Made by a program: the position numbers and the translations under genes
Notes under the pieces: generated by a model
The model's input: the letters and a program-made list of their open reading frames with translations, nothing else
What the model was told of the DNA's origin: nothing
Database searches by the model: none
Shown: piece by piece, positions 1 through 10,593 of the stretch
Layout: each line of letters opens with the position of its first letter
Position numbering within the stretch: the first letter of the stretch is position 1
Assembly: GCA_965206695.1 (NCBI GenBank)
Contig: CBDBKM010000010.1
Span: 1-64,000, forward strand
DNA: 64,000 bases
Direction: 5' to 3'
DNA from: Chlamydiales bacterium
GTDB lineage: Bacteria > Chlamydiota > Chlamydiia > Chlamydiales > JAAZZY01

Positions 1-29
1 CAATGTCTATTTGTGTTTTTGATTTTGGA

Positions 30-1973
30 TACACTCATTCACATTGGAAGCCGGACAGGAGTGAATCCCGGCACGTGAAATATATTATTTATTCGTGTTT
101 TAAGCTTGTCTCTTAAGATCGGAATTTTGTTTTTAAAAAAAATCTTACCTCTCATTTAAGATCAGTGAATGTATCGTAACATGTATTATATAGTATTTTA
201 ATTTTTATTTGATAATATGTTATCCTTCTTTTTTTATACAAACAGTAAGGACAAAACAATGCCTAGAGCCTATTCAGTAGATCTTCGAGAGAAAGTATTA
301 CAACATATAGAAAAACATCATGATAAAAAAACAGCCGGCCATATTTTTCAAGTAGGTATCGCAACAATATATCGATGGATCTTGCAAAAAAAGCAAAAAG
401 GACATTTAAAGCCAATCCGCAGAAAATATGCTTATAAGAAATTAGATGATGAGTTGTTATCTAAATATGTAGAAAAACATCCGGATTATTTTTTATCGGA
501 AATTGCTGATTATTTTTCAGTCACTCCGCAAACGATTTTTTATGCCCTTAAAAGATTAAAAATTACACGAAAAAAAAAACTACTCGCTATAAGGAAAGAG
601 ATGAAAAGAAACGGGAAGCTTTTATGAAAGATTTAAAAAATATTCCCTTTGACAAGAGAATTTATCTCGATGAAACCGGGATTCATCAATTTTTATTTCG
701 TGAGTCCGGAAGAAGCTTACGCGGCAAAAAAGTTTTTGGAGCGGTTTCAGGAAACCGCTTTATAAGGCAAAATATTATTTCAGCCCTATTCTAAAGGGCA
801 GTTTTTATCTCCAATGTGTTTTGAAGGTACTTGTAATACCGGGTTATTCAATATTTGGCTTAAGGAAGTTTTGACTCCTCAGCTTACACCCGGTAGTGTT
901 CTTATTCTTGACAATGCCGGTTTTCACAAGTCAGCGGAAAGCAGGAAAATAGTAGAATCTGCCGGTTGTAAGCTTATGTTTCTTCCTCCATATTCTCCGG
1001 ACTTAAATCCTATAGAAAAATATTGGGCTAATATGAAAAATAAAGTTAGAGAGATATTACGAAAAGTTACGAATTTTAAATTCGCCATTGATCAAGCAAT
1101 CTTATCAATATAAAATTAAATGACTATAAGTAACCGCTTCCCTCATCATTTTCCAAAGCCTTATCTATTGCATTTAAATTTGGAGAGTATGGGGGGTTAA
1201 ATAGACATGCTCTATACGTGAAGTCTTTAAATCTTCTTGAATCAGTTTGTTTTTATTGGCTCTTCCGTTATCTAAAATGACATTTATTTTTGAAGCCTGT
1301 GCATGCTTCTCTAATCCTTTTAAGACTCACTTCCTCCAATCGTGGAGTATTCTTGTGATCTGATTGTCATATCCTCAAGTCGTCAAGCTTCAATAATAGG
1401 CATTCCTGTTTGCTTATTTGTGGTCTTAATCGTTTTCTTAACCCCTTTTTGGATCCACCCACATACAGTTTGGGATTGATAATCGGGATGTACTGCATCA
1501 AAAAAATAGATCTCTTCACTATTTTGAAGACCTGCTTTTAATGCTTCCTATGCTTTAATTGATGCTTTAGCCAAGATGTCATCCCTCTTGTGCTATAGGA
1601 AATCTTATATTGTTCTAAGGCATACGCACGTAAATCCTTAACCCTTCTATAGGTGTATTGAGAAAGATGTTTCACTAGTTCTTTAGTTTGCAGTTTGGAT
1701 CATTTACCGGCTGATCCTCCCTTGGGATCAGGCTGAGTTTTTCCTTTTGATTGAAATTCTCTCAAATACCCATAGGCTTAAGCGCAAAACATGAGCAATG
1801 TGATCACCGTCATCTCGTGCAAGAAGCATACGCGAACGATTACGTTCATTTATATCACAGGTCTTTTTTACCTGACATTCAAAAGTGCTTCTTTGATGTG
1901 GAGTTAATTGGTTCATACAAAACTAATATCATATTTATACTTTTTTGTGTCCCTTTCATTAGCGAAAAGTATA
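30..1973 (-). mobile_element. Degenerate IS630-family element (type C), interrupted by IS630-A copy 1
   Basis: Minus-strand fragments read MNQLTPHQRSTF..., FFDAVHPD...GWIQKG, YSPNLNAIDR and, across the insertion, EAVTY|NTCYDTF...KLKTRINNIFH. Left end TATACTTTTCGCTA at ~1973 with a similar degenerate end at ~30. Many frameshifts. Confidence 0.75.
189..1128 (+). mobile_element. IS630-family element A, copy 1 (orfA 259-627, orfB broken by an extra T near 789)
   Basis: Ends TATAGTATTTTAATTTT / AAAATTAAATGACTATA including TA target duplication. HTH orfA; DDE orfB with DETG, DNAGFH and LPPYSPDLNPIE. A10 slippery tract joins the frames. Confidence 0.95.
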
Positions 1974-2154
1974 TATTAAAGAGCAGTCGGTAATTTAAGC
2001 CTTTGGAGATCGTGTTAGACTAATATTTGTTAGCAATGGTTGTTGAATAAGGAATCCGTTCTCTTTAGGATTGGGAGCTGTCAAAGCCCTCAAAAAAGAA
2101 AGGTTGGGCTTTTTAACAATTCTCATAGACTGATTCGATAAGACAATGAAATCT

Positions 2155-4805
2155 TTAAAATAAGATTTCATTTTTTAGATCTGCTAACAACCGGAGACTT
2201 TGAATAGGAGTGAGTTCCTCCAAGTCAATATGTTTTAACTTATGAGCTATCGTTAAGGCATTTTCATAAGGATCAGGTCCCGTATCAAAAAGAAAAAGCT
2301 GTTCATTATTTTTCCTTTTACCTTTTTTTGTTGTTTTAGTAGCTCCCGTATGATTTGTATCTTCCAGCCTTTTTAATATCTCTTTTGCCTTTAAGATTAT
2401 GGGAAAGGGGAGGCCGGCTAATTTGGCAACATGGATACCATAACTTTTATCAGTACTACCTAAGACGATTTTGTGTAAAAAAATGACTTGATCATCACAT
2501 TCTTTGACAGCTACCGTATAATTGGTAACACCTTTTATCTTCTCTTGCAATTCGGTTAATTCCCAGTAGTGAGTAGCAAAAAGGGTTTTAGCTTGTTTTC
2601 CTGCTTGGGTTAAAAGATATTCGGCAACAGCCCAAGCAATAGAAATACCATCATACGTACTTGTTCCTCTTCCTATTTCATCAAGTATAACAAGAGACCT
2701 AGAGGTGGTATTATTTAATATATTGGCAGTTTCGCTCATCTCCACCATAAAGGTTGATTGACCTCTTACTAAATCATCGCTAGCTCCAATACGAGTAAAA
2801 ATTTTATCAATAATTCCAATATGGGCTGAATCTGCAGGTACAAATGACCCGATTTGTGCCATAATACAGATCATAGCAACTTGACGAATATAGGTGGATT
2901 TACCCGCCATGTTAGGACCGGTTATAAGGCACATACGGGTATCCTTATCATCCAAATAAGTGTCATTTGGAATGAAACGTTCACTCATTTGTAAATAATC
3001 AATAATAGGATGCCTTCCCCTTTTATATCGATTAAGTTACTGTCATCGATAAGAGGGCGTGAATATTGTTGGTTATTTGCTACAAAAGCCAAAGATTGAA
3101 GAGAGTCAATAAAAGCGATTGATTTGGCAATGGTTTAATGTCATCGGTTTTAGTAGCCACTTGGGTTAAGAGTTTTTCAAAAAGGATATGTTCTAAATCG
3201 GATATTTTTTCTTGAGCGATTAAAACCTTACTTTCATATTCTTTTAATTCAGGGGAGATAAAACGTTCACTGTTGGTTAACGTTTGTCTTCTTTGAAAGG
3301 TATCGGGCATCCGGTTGGCTTGTCCTTTACTAACCTCAATATAATAACCAAACACTCTATTATACCCGACCCGGAGTGTTTTAATTTGAGTCTCTTCACG
3401 GATTGTTTCTTGATAAGTTGCTATCCAGTTTTTACTATTTATACTGATGGACGTCCATTTATCTAACTCAGAATCGTAGCCTTTACGAAACGTTTTGCCT
3501 TCACCAATTTTTACAGGCGGTTCATCTACTAAAGCATGATAAAATGCATTGGATCGTTTCTTTTAAATCAAGAAGATGAGAATTGGATTTTTCTAATAAT
3601 TTAGAATCAAGATCACTTAATAAGGATTTGATGGCCGGTATTTGTTTTTAATGAAAGCATTAACGCAATCAGATCACGAGGATTGGCTTGTTTAGCCTGA
3701 ATCTTGCTCATTAACCTAACAATATCGCGAATATGTTTTAAAATATTCTTTCAAAGACGCCAGTAACAATTGGTTTATTTACAAAAGATTCTATTGCATC
3801 TTGACGCGTTTTGATTTCGTCAATAGATAATAAGGGTTGTTTGACCCATTGCCTAAGTAATCGAGCTCCCATTGGTGTAGTTGTTTGATCTAGTATTTGC
3901 TAACAATGTATGGGTATTTGTCGATGCGCTTATTGGTTCGGTTAATTCCAGATGACGCAAGCTTATATGATCTATCGCCATATAGTTATTCGTATTATAT
4001 GGAGTCAGCGTTCTAATATGGTCAATCGAAGCACATAGTTTGTCTTGCAAGTAGTTTAAGAAGAGAGCCGGCTACATTAATAGCAGTGACTTTGCCCATC
4101 AAACCAAAACCGTCTAAAATTATGAACGTTGAAATGTTTGGTTAAGCAATCAAGGGCTCCTTGATGATCAAAATGCCAATCACCTTGTTTGGTTAAAAGA
4201 AAACGGAAATGCAATTTCCATTTCTTCGAATCGATTTTTGTATTTAGAGTAAAATTTTTCGGACGTTAGCAGCTCTTTTGGTTGCAGTCGATATACCTCA
4301 TCGAAAAGATCATGTTCTTTTGTACACTCAATCACGCGAAAATCAGCGGTGGACAGGTCCAAATGTGCTAAAACCAAAAGTCGCACCTAATTGAAGTAAA
4401 CAGGCAATATAGTTATGCCTGTTGTTTTCTAAAAGATTTGATTGGAGTAAAAGACCCGGGTGTTAAAATTCTCATAATCTCCCGTCTGACAAGCCCTTTT
4501 GCTGTTTTGGGGCTTTCTGTTTGCTCTGCAACAGCGACTCTAAAACCCTTAGCTATTAAACGATCAATATAATTTTCAGCAGCATGATGTGGCACGCCGC
4601 TCATGGGAATATCCTGCCTTTTAGTCAATGTAAGTTCTAAAGTGCTTGCTAATAATTTTGCATCTTCATGAAAAGCTTCATAAAAATCTCCCATGCGAAA
4701 GAGTAATAGACAATCAGGAGCTTGATTTTTACAGGCATGCCATTGTGCCATCATAGGTGTTACATTTGGAGGTGGAGTAGTATGAGATGCTTTTTCTTTC
4801 AACAT
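2155..4805 (-). pseudogene. mutS: DNA mismatch repair protein MutS, split by multiple 1-bp indels (possibly sequencing error)
   Basis: N-terminal TPMMAQW...[18 protein letters not shown]...RRQTLTNSERF; C-terminal [49 protein letters not shown], spread over at least five ORFs in different frames. Confidence 0.93.
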
Positions 4806-4989
4806 TTTGCATTTCCCTTATCAAAATATACAATCATAAAAAAGGGATTGTGGCTTTCACTACATTGATGGTCAAGTAGAAAAAAGAATAAATGATAGAG
4901 GTAATTAAAAAGATGATGCGTTTTTTTTCTGTCAATCCTTTACCGTGCTTTTGATAACCAAAATAAAGCTATTACGTAGGTTAAAAATA

Positions 4990-6725
4990 ATGAGAAAGCC
5001 CGGTGTTTTTAGAATAGTTTTTTGTACTTATTTACTATATGTAATGACCACAACCTTACATGCTCAAGACTATGAACGCGTGAAACCCAAGGAGCCTAAA
5101 AGCTCTCGCGGCACTACGACTACAGTAGAAAAAGATGAGAGGTTGGAGCATTGTATCCAAGAGCAAGATACACGAGTTTTTGCAGAAAAAACGCGAGGAA
5201 TTGTCGTCACAGGACCTCAAAGCGGCTTGTCTTCTGAGATGGATTCTACCGGTGTGGAAGTCAAAGATTTAAATCTATCAGCGAAAGACAAAAAGACGTT
5301 ATGTAGGGAACTATACTCCAATTATATTGGTAAACCTTTAAATTGTTCACTTATTTTCAGAGATCAAACGATCCATTGTAGCTCATTATAGACATATTGA
5401 TAGACCTTTAGTTTCTATCCATGCTCCCGAGCAAAAAGTATCGGATGGAACCATCGTTTTGTTTGTTATAGAAAGTAAATTAGGTAAAGTGACCGTCCGG
5501 GGTAATAAACACTTTAGCGAAGATAGATATAAAGAATATATCCAAGTTCAGCAAGGACGAGAAAATTTTTTCTGATACTTTAGTGTCCGATTTAGATTGG
5601 ATCAATCGTAACCCTTTCCGTTCTTCATATGTCGTATACAGAAAAGGGGAATATCCTGAAACAACAGATATTGAATTGGTCACAACAGATAAATTTCCTT
5701 TTAGAGTTTATGTCGGTGTTGATAATACAGGTTTTAAAGAAACACAGTTTGAAAGACTGTTTGTCGGATTTAACTGGGGCGACGCGTTTTTTTTAGATCA
5801 AGTCCTCTCTTTCCAATTTACTACTTCACTCGATTTTAGAAAGTTTTTAGCCTATAGCGGTAACTGGACAATTCCACTTCCTTGGAGACACCTCATCGAT
5901 ACTTTTGGTGGTTATGCTACGACCAAAACTCAAATGACCGATAGGGAATTTAATACTGAAGGTTATAGTGCTCAAGGAAGCTTCCGATATATTATACCAA
6001 TGCCTACGTATCGTCATTTCTTAAGTGACCTAAGGTTTGGTTTTGATTACAAGCGTACAAACAACAACGTTGTATTTGGTGGTCAAAATATTACTAAAAG
6101 AGCTGTTAATATTTGGCAATGGCTTGTTATTTACGATATGACCATCCCTACTAAATGGGTGACCAATTATATTGAAGCTGAACTTGTCTTCCAGTTAGGT
6201 GAAATGTTACCAAACATGCAAGATAAAGATTATACTCTACTAAGACGCGGAGCTGAAAATACATATGCTTATGGTCGTCTGGGAATAGAACAGTTATATC
6301 ACTTACCGAAAAATTGGGCTTTTGCTGTTAAATTAAAAGGTCAGTTAGCTACAGGGGCACTTCTACCAAGTGAACAGCTCGGGTTAGGTGGCTTGTATTC
6401 TGTAAGAGGTTATGACGAGAGAACATTTAGTATAGATGAGGGTCTTTTAGCTAGCTTTGAAGTAAGAACTCCTTCCTTTAGTCCTACAACTACAGGGCAT
6501 GATAATCTATTATTCTTTGCCTTTACTGATTGGGGGATGGGTGGTAATCACTTTAAACCATCGAACGAGCATAAGACATTGAATTTAGTAGGCGTGGGAC
6601 CGGGACTACGCTATGCTGTTATGGAATATCTTAATGTGTATTTTGACTGGGGTTACCAACTTGTGAAAACCGGTCAAAGTAAGAATGGTAACAGAGTTAA
6701 CTTCAGTGTTGTTGCAAGTTACTAG
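4990..6725 (+). CDS. ShlB/FhaC/HecB-family two-partner secretion outer-membrane transporter (TpsB), with two +1 frameshifts near 5354-5357 and 5541-5543
   Basis: Signal peptide; POTRA-like PEQKVSDGTIVLFVIESKLGKVTVRGN in the intervening frame; VDNTG; LPSEQLGLGGLYSVRGYDE loop-6 motif; ends in a beta-strand (FSVVASY). Lies directly upstream of TPS-domain genes. Confidence 0.88.
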
Positions 6726-6744
6726 GAATTAGCTAAGATTTCAT

Positions 6745-6768
6745 TAGGCCGGGCGATATCCCGGCCTA
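6745..6768 (+). terminator. GC-rich hairpin between tpsB and tpsA1 (terminator or stabiliser)
   Basis: 9-bp stem TAGGCCGGG / CCCGGCCTA with a 6-nt loop, 20 bp after the tpsB stop. No clean U-tract. Confidence 0.45.
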
Positions 6769-6873
6769 TGTTACAAGTTGTAATATGATTGTTATGTTAA
6801 AGTATTTTTAAAATCTTTATTTCTTTATTTGTTTAAATGTAATTAGAAAAATAATTTTCAGGAGGTTCGTACT

Positions 6874-9800
6874 GTGAGATCCGTATTTAAACTTTTGCCT
6901 CTACTTTTAATGTTTTCTAAGTCTCTTGTAACAGCTAATCCTACAGGTCCGAGCGTAATTGCAGGAGAAGCCTCTTGTCTTCAACATGACTATAATCTGC
7001 AAGTTACAGCATCGGATCAAGCCATTATACATTGGCAAGATTTTTCTGTTGCTCAGAATGAAAGAATCAAATTTATACAGCCGAATGCTAATTCGGCCGT
7101 ATTGAATCGTGTAACGGGCGATAACTTAAGTGAAATTCATGGTACGCTTCAAGCGAACGGAAAAGTATATGTCATCAATCCAAACGGTATTATCATAGGT
7201 AGTAGCGGTGTTGTTGATGTCTCATCTTTTATAGCTTCTACTTTGGATATTACCAACGAAGCGTTTATGAATAGAGGGGAGATGGGTTTCAAAGGGTCCG
7301 GCAAAGCCTCCATTGTCAACTTAGGTGTGATTAATGCTTGGGATGGCGATGTTGTCATGATTGCTTTCAATATTCAAAATACCGGAGAGATTCATGCAGC
7401 TAACGGTCTATCGGGATTAGCAACAGGAAACAACGTCTTATTAAAACCTGCCGGTGAAGAACGAATATTTGTATATGTTTCTTTAGATGATGCCGCTGAA
7501 AAAGGTGAAACAGGCATTGCAAATAACGGACGTATTGAATCTTTAAAAGCAGAGCTTAAAAGTGACGGTAACTTGTATGCCATGGCCATCAACACAACAG
7601 GACATATCGATGCAACAGGTGTTAAAGAAAGAAATGGCGCTATTTACTTAGTAGCCAAAGATGGTGAGGTAGATGTTAGTGGTACTCTAATAGCTAAGAA
7701 TAATGATACAGGCGGTAGCATCCATGTATTAGGTGATATCGTTGATATAAAAAATAAAGCTAATATTGATGTATCCGGATTGAATGGCGGTGGCGAGGTA
7801 TTATTAGGTGGGGATTTAAGAGGAGAAAACCCGGCTATTTATAATGCTATGAAAACGCTTTTAGGTGAAAAAGCAATCGTTAATGCTGATTGCACTGAAA
7901 CCGGAAAAGGTGGAAAAATTGTTCTATGGTCGGATGGGTATACCCGACTTCAAGGAACCGTTACTGCTAGAGGAGGATTAGAATCCGGAGATGGTGGCTT
8001 TATTGAGATATCAGGAAAAGGAAATATGACTTTCGATGGTTCTACGAATCTTAGAAGTATAAAAGGTTCTGATGGTACCTTGCCGGTAGATCCAAAAAAT
8101 ATTACCATCATAAGTAGCGGTTCAGATCCTATTGCAGGAAATAGTACTTTTGCAGATAACGCCGCAGCTGCTGTTACATTTACAGGAGCATCTGTAGTAG
8201 CAGCTATTGACACAGCGAACTTAGTATTCCAAGCCAATACTGACATAACAATTGATGAGAGTTTTACAACAACTTCAACGAATAATTTAACGTTACAGGC
8301 AGGTAGATCTATCACGTTCAATGCAGCGAGAGTAGTTTCTTTAGCCGGTGGTGATTAATCAAGCAACTAATGCTATGACAATTTCTACAACCGGTACAGG
8401 AACCCTTTTAATGACCGGAACTATACCCCTTATGAATCAAAGTGCCGATTCTAAGACTTGAAAATGATCATTGATTCGTTTCCTCATTGATTGAGCAATA
8501 GAGGGCCAAGTATTTTCAAAAAATCCGGTAATCGATCTCCGAAATTCTTTAGCAGAATTAAAAAACCGATTATTGCGACAATATTCATTCATCACTTTCC
8601 ATAATCGTTCAATGGGATTGAGGTTAGGACTGTAATATTGTTACCTTCATACTGTTTAAATTGATAGACCCCATAAGATTCATTCGAGTACGAGAAGCTG
8701 TTGTTGCAATCAATTTATCTGTTCCCGGTCGAATCCAACCATAAGAAATTTTAGTTGCCATAGTTGGATGTACACCATCAGCAAATTCAACAGGCTCATT
8801 TTTAGGCAGAAATGCCATAAGCTTGGCGTAAAATTGCATCCAAGCTTTTTGTTGATCAGAATTTGCCTTAGCCGGTGTACCTTTAGGCTTTTTATAGGAA
8901 AAACCATGTGAGTGTAGCCAAGAAGTCATCCCTGAAATCGTATAAACAATGCCATATTTCGCGAGAACATAAGAACAGATATCTTCTACTTTGACATAGG
9001 TATGAGTTGTTAAATGTTTAATGAATTCTTCTGACTGTGGCGCAAGAAGTTTACTGACTGAACCACCGCTTTCTATATGCAATTGCTGTTTATTTTGATA
9101 TTCTTTAATGTGACGAGACACTGTTTCATCGTCTAAAAGCACAGCTTCAGCAATACGAGTATTACTCCAACCTTTATTCGACAATAGAACAGCCTTGATA
9201 CGATCTCGTATACGACCATTCTTTTCTCGTTTATGTTGCTGTCTGAGATGCTTTTCTTCTGATAGTGTTAAAAATGAATTCATACAAAATAATTTACACT
9301 ATACGAATACAAAATATCCAGAGTTTTATTCGTGATGAGTATATGTTAGCAATTGCTACAAATATAAATGCCGGTGGAGTTGAGATTATTGGAAATGGGG
9401 ATATAAAAGTAGTGAATGGTAATATGACGATTACCGGTACAAATAATAGTACTGCTTCGGCAAATGCCAATTTAAGAGGGATAGATAATTTCCGGTCCAA
9501 CGGCATTCGGCCTATCAAGTTCCGGTTCAGGAGATATTATAATCAGTGGTACAGGCGGTGCAGGGTCTACCGGATTATATGGTGTCAATCTAGCCAATGC
9601 CGCACTTGTAACGACATCAACCGGAAATATTAGTATACAAACTGCAACAGCCGGGCTTGGAACAGGAGCCGGTAATTATGGGTTATTATTAGATGGGGCA
9701 ACTATCCTCCAATCAACAGCTGCGAGTTCCGGAGATATCACATTAGTAGGCACCGCATCCGCAGGTGCTTTAGGTGTTAATGTAGGGGTCATATTTGCAG

Positions 9801-10474
9801 ATATTTCAAGTGTTGTTTCAGCAGGAAGCGGTGATATTTTTGTTACCGGACTAGCAGGAGATATGCCCGGGCAAGCCGGAAATGGAGGTGTTGATTTTGC
9901 GACTTCTGCGATTGCTATTGATTCTACCGGATCAGCTTCAATAATGGTGACAGGAACAGCCGGGAACGGAACTATGAGTTGTTCAGATATTGATATAAAT
10001 ACGGCCGGTAGTGGTATTCGCACCAATACCGGGGTGATGACATTGACCGGTAACAAAGCAATAACAACCACAACCACAGATAATCATGGTGTTTTGGTAG
10101 GATCCGGTGCCGATATATTGTCAACAGCTACAGGGGCCATATCGATCACAGAAATCGGTGGAGCCGGAACCCAAAATAATCATGGTATAAGATTTACCGG
10201 AGCAGGAACCACTCTTAATACTTCAGGCGGTGGTAATGTAACCTTAATGGGTACGGGTGGAGCAGGCTCTACAACAACAAATAACGGAGTTGCTTTTGAT
10301 AGTGACGCTACCCTAGTCCTTACAGGAGCGGGTACCAACTTTGGTGCCAATATAAGTAGTATTACGGCACCATTTACTGTAATAACGATTGGTAATAGTG
10401 ATGCTACTATCAGAGGAACAGCTAATTCAGCGACAACATTAGACAATAACAATGGTATTTATTTCACTATTTAA
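6874..10474 (+). pseudogene. Filamentous-hemagglutinin-like TpsA paralog 1, disrupted (stop at 8358, internal deletion, IS630-B insertion, frameshifts)
   Basis: GGAGG then GTG start, signal peptide, TPS domain (IHWQDFS, LNRVTG, INPNGI). Gly/Thr-rich beta-helix-type repeats continue in fragments to 10474. The reading frame rejoins across the IS at TA (LMTGT|MLAIATN). Confidence 0.85.
8422..9343 (-). mobile_element. IS630-family element B, copy 1, internally deleted transposase (ORF 8624-9283)
   Basis: Ends TATACCCCTTATGAAT / ATTCGTGATGAGTATA. HTH, then FADGVHP...YGWI, jumping directly to YSPNLNPIERLWK in another frame. Near-identical to 60607-61528. Confidence 0.92.
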
Positions 10475-10593
10475 TCTATTTCTTTACAATTTATTCAAAA
10501 AGAGCAATATATTAAAGTTTGTATATTAAAAATTTTAAATTTTTGATTTTAGTTCTGCAAGTGAATAAAATACCGAATGTAAGGAGCCGGTTT

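Larger units (their letters stand above)
1..2084 (+). mobile_element. IS200/IS605-family remnant (tnpA 3' end at 1-29; last tnpB codons and right end at 1974-2084), hollowed out and occupied by IS630 elements
   Basis: 1-29 (gtctatttgtgtttttgattttgga) resembles the tnpA 3' end at 26103-26128. 1981-2084 closely matches the tnpB 3' end/right end at 37606-37708 and ends in a subterminal hairpin followed by TCAA. Confidence 0.65.

Noticed and set aside
9265..9633. ORFs beginning MLKMNSYKIIYTIRIQNI (also 60287-60685)
   Set aside because: Chimeras of the outward-reading IS630-B end with host sequence; no sign they are real genes.
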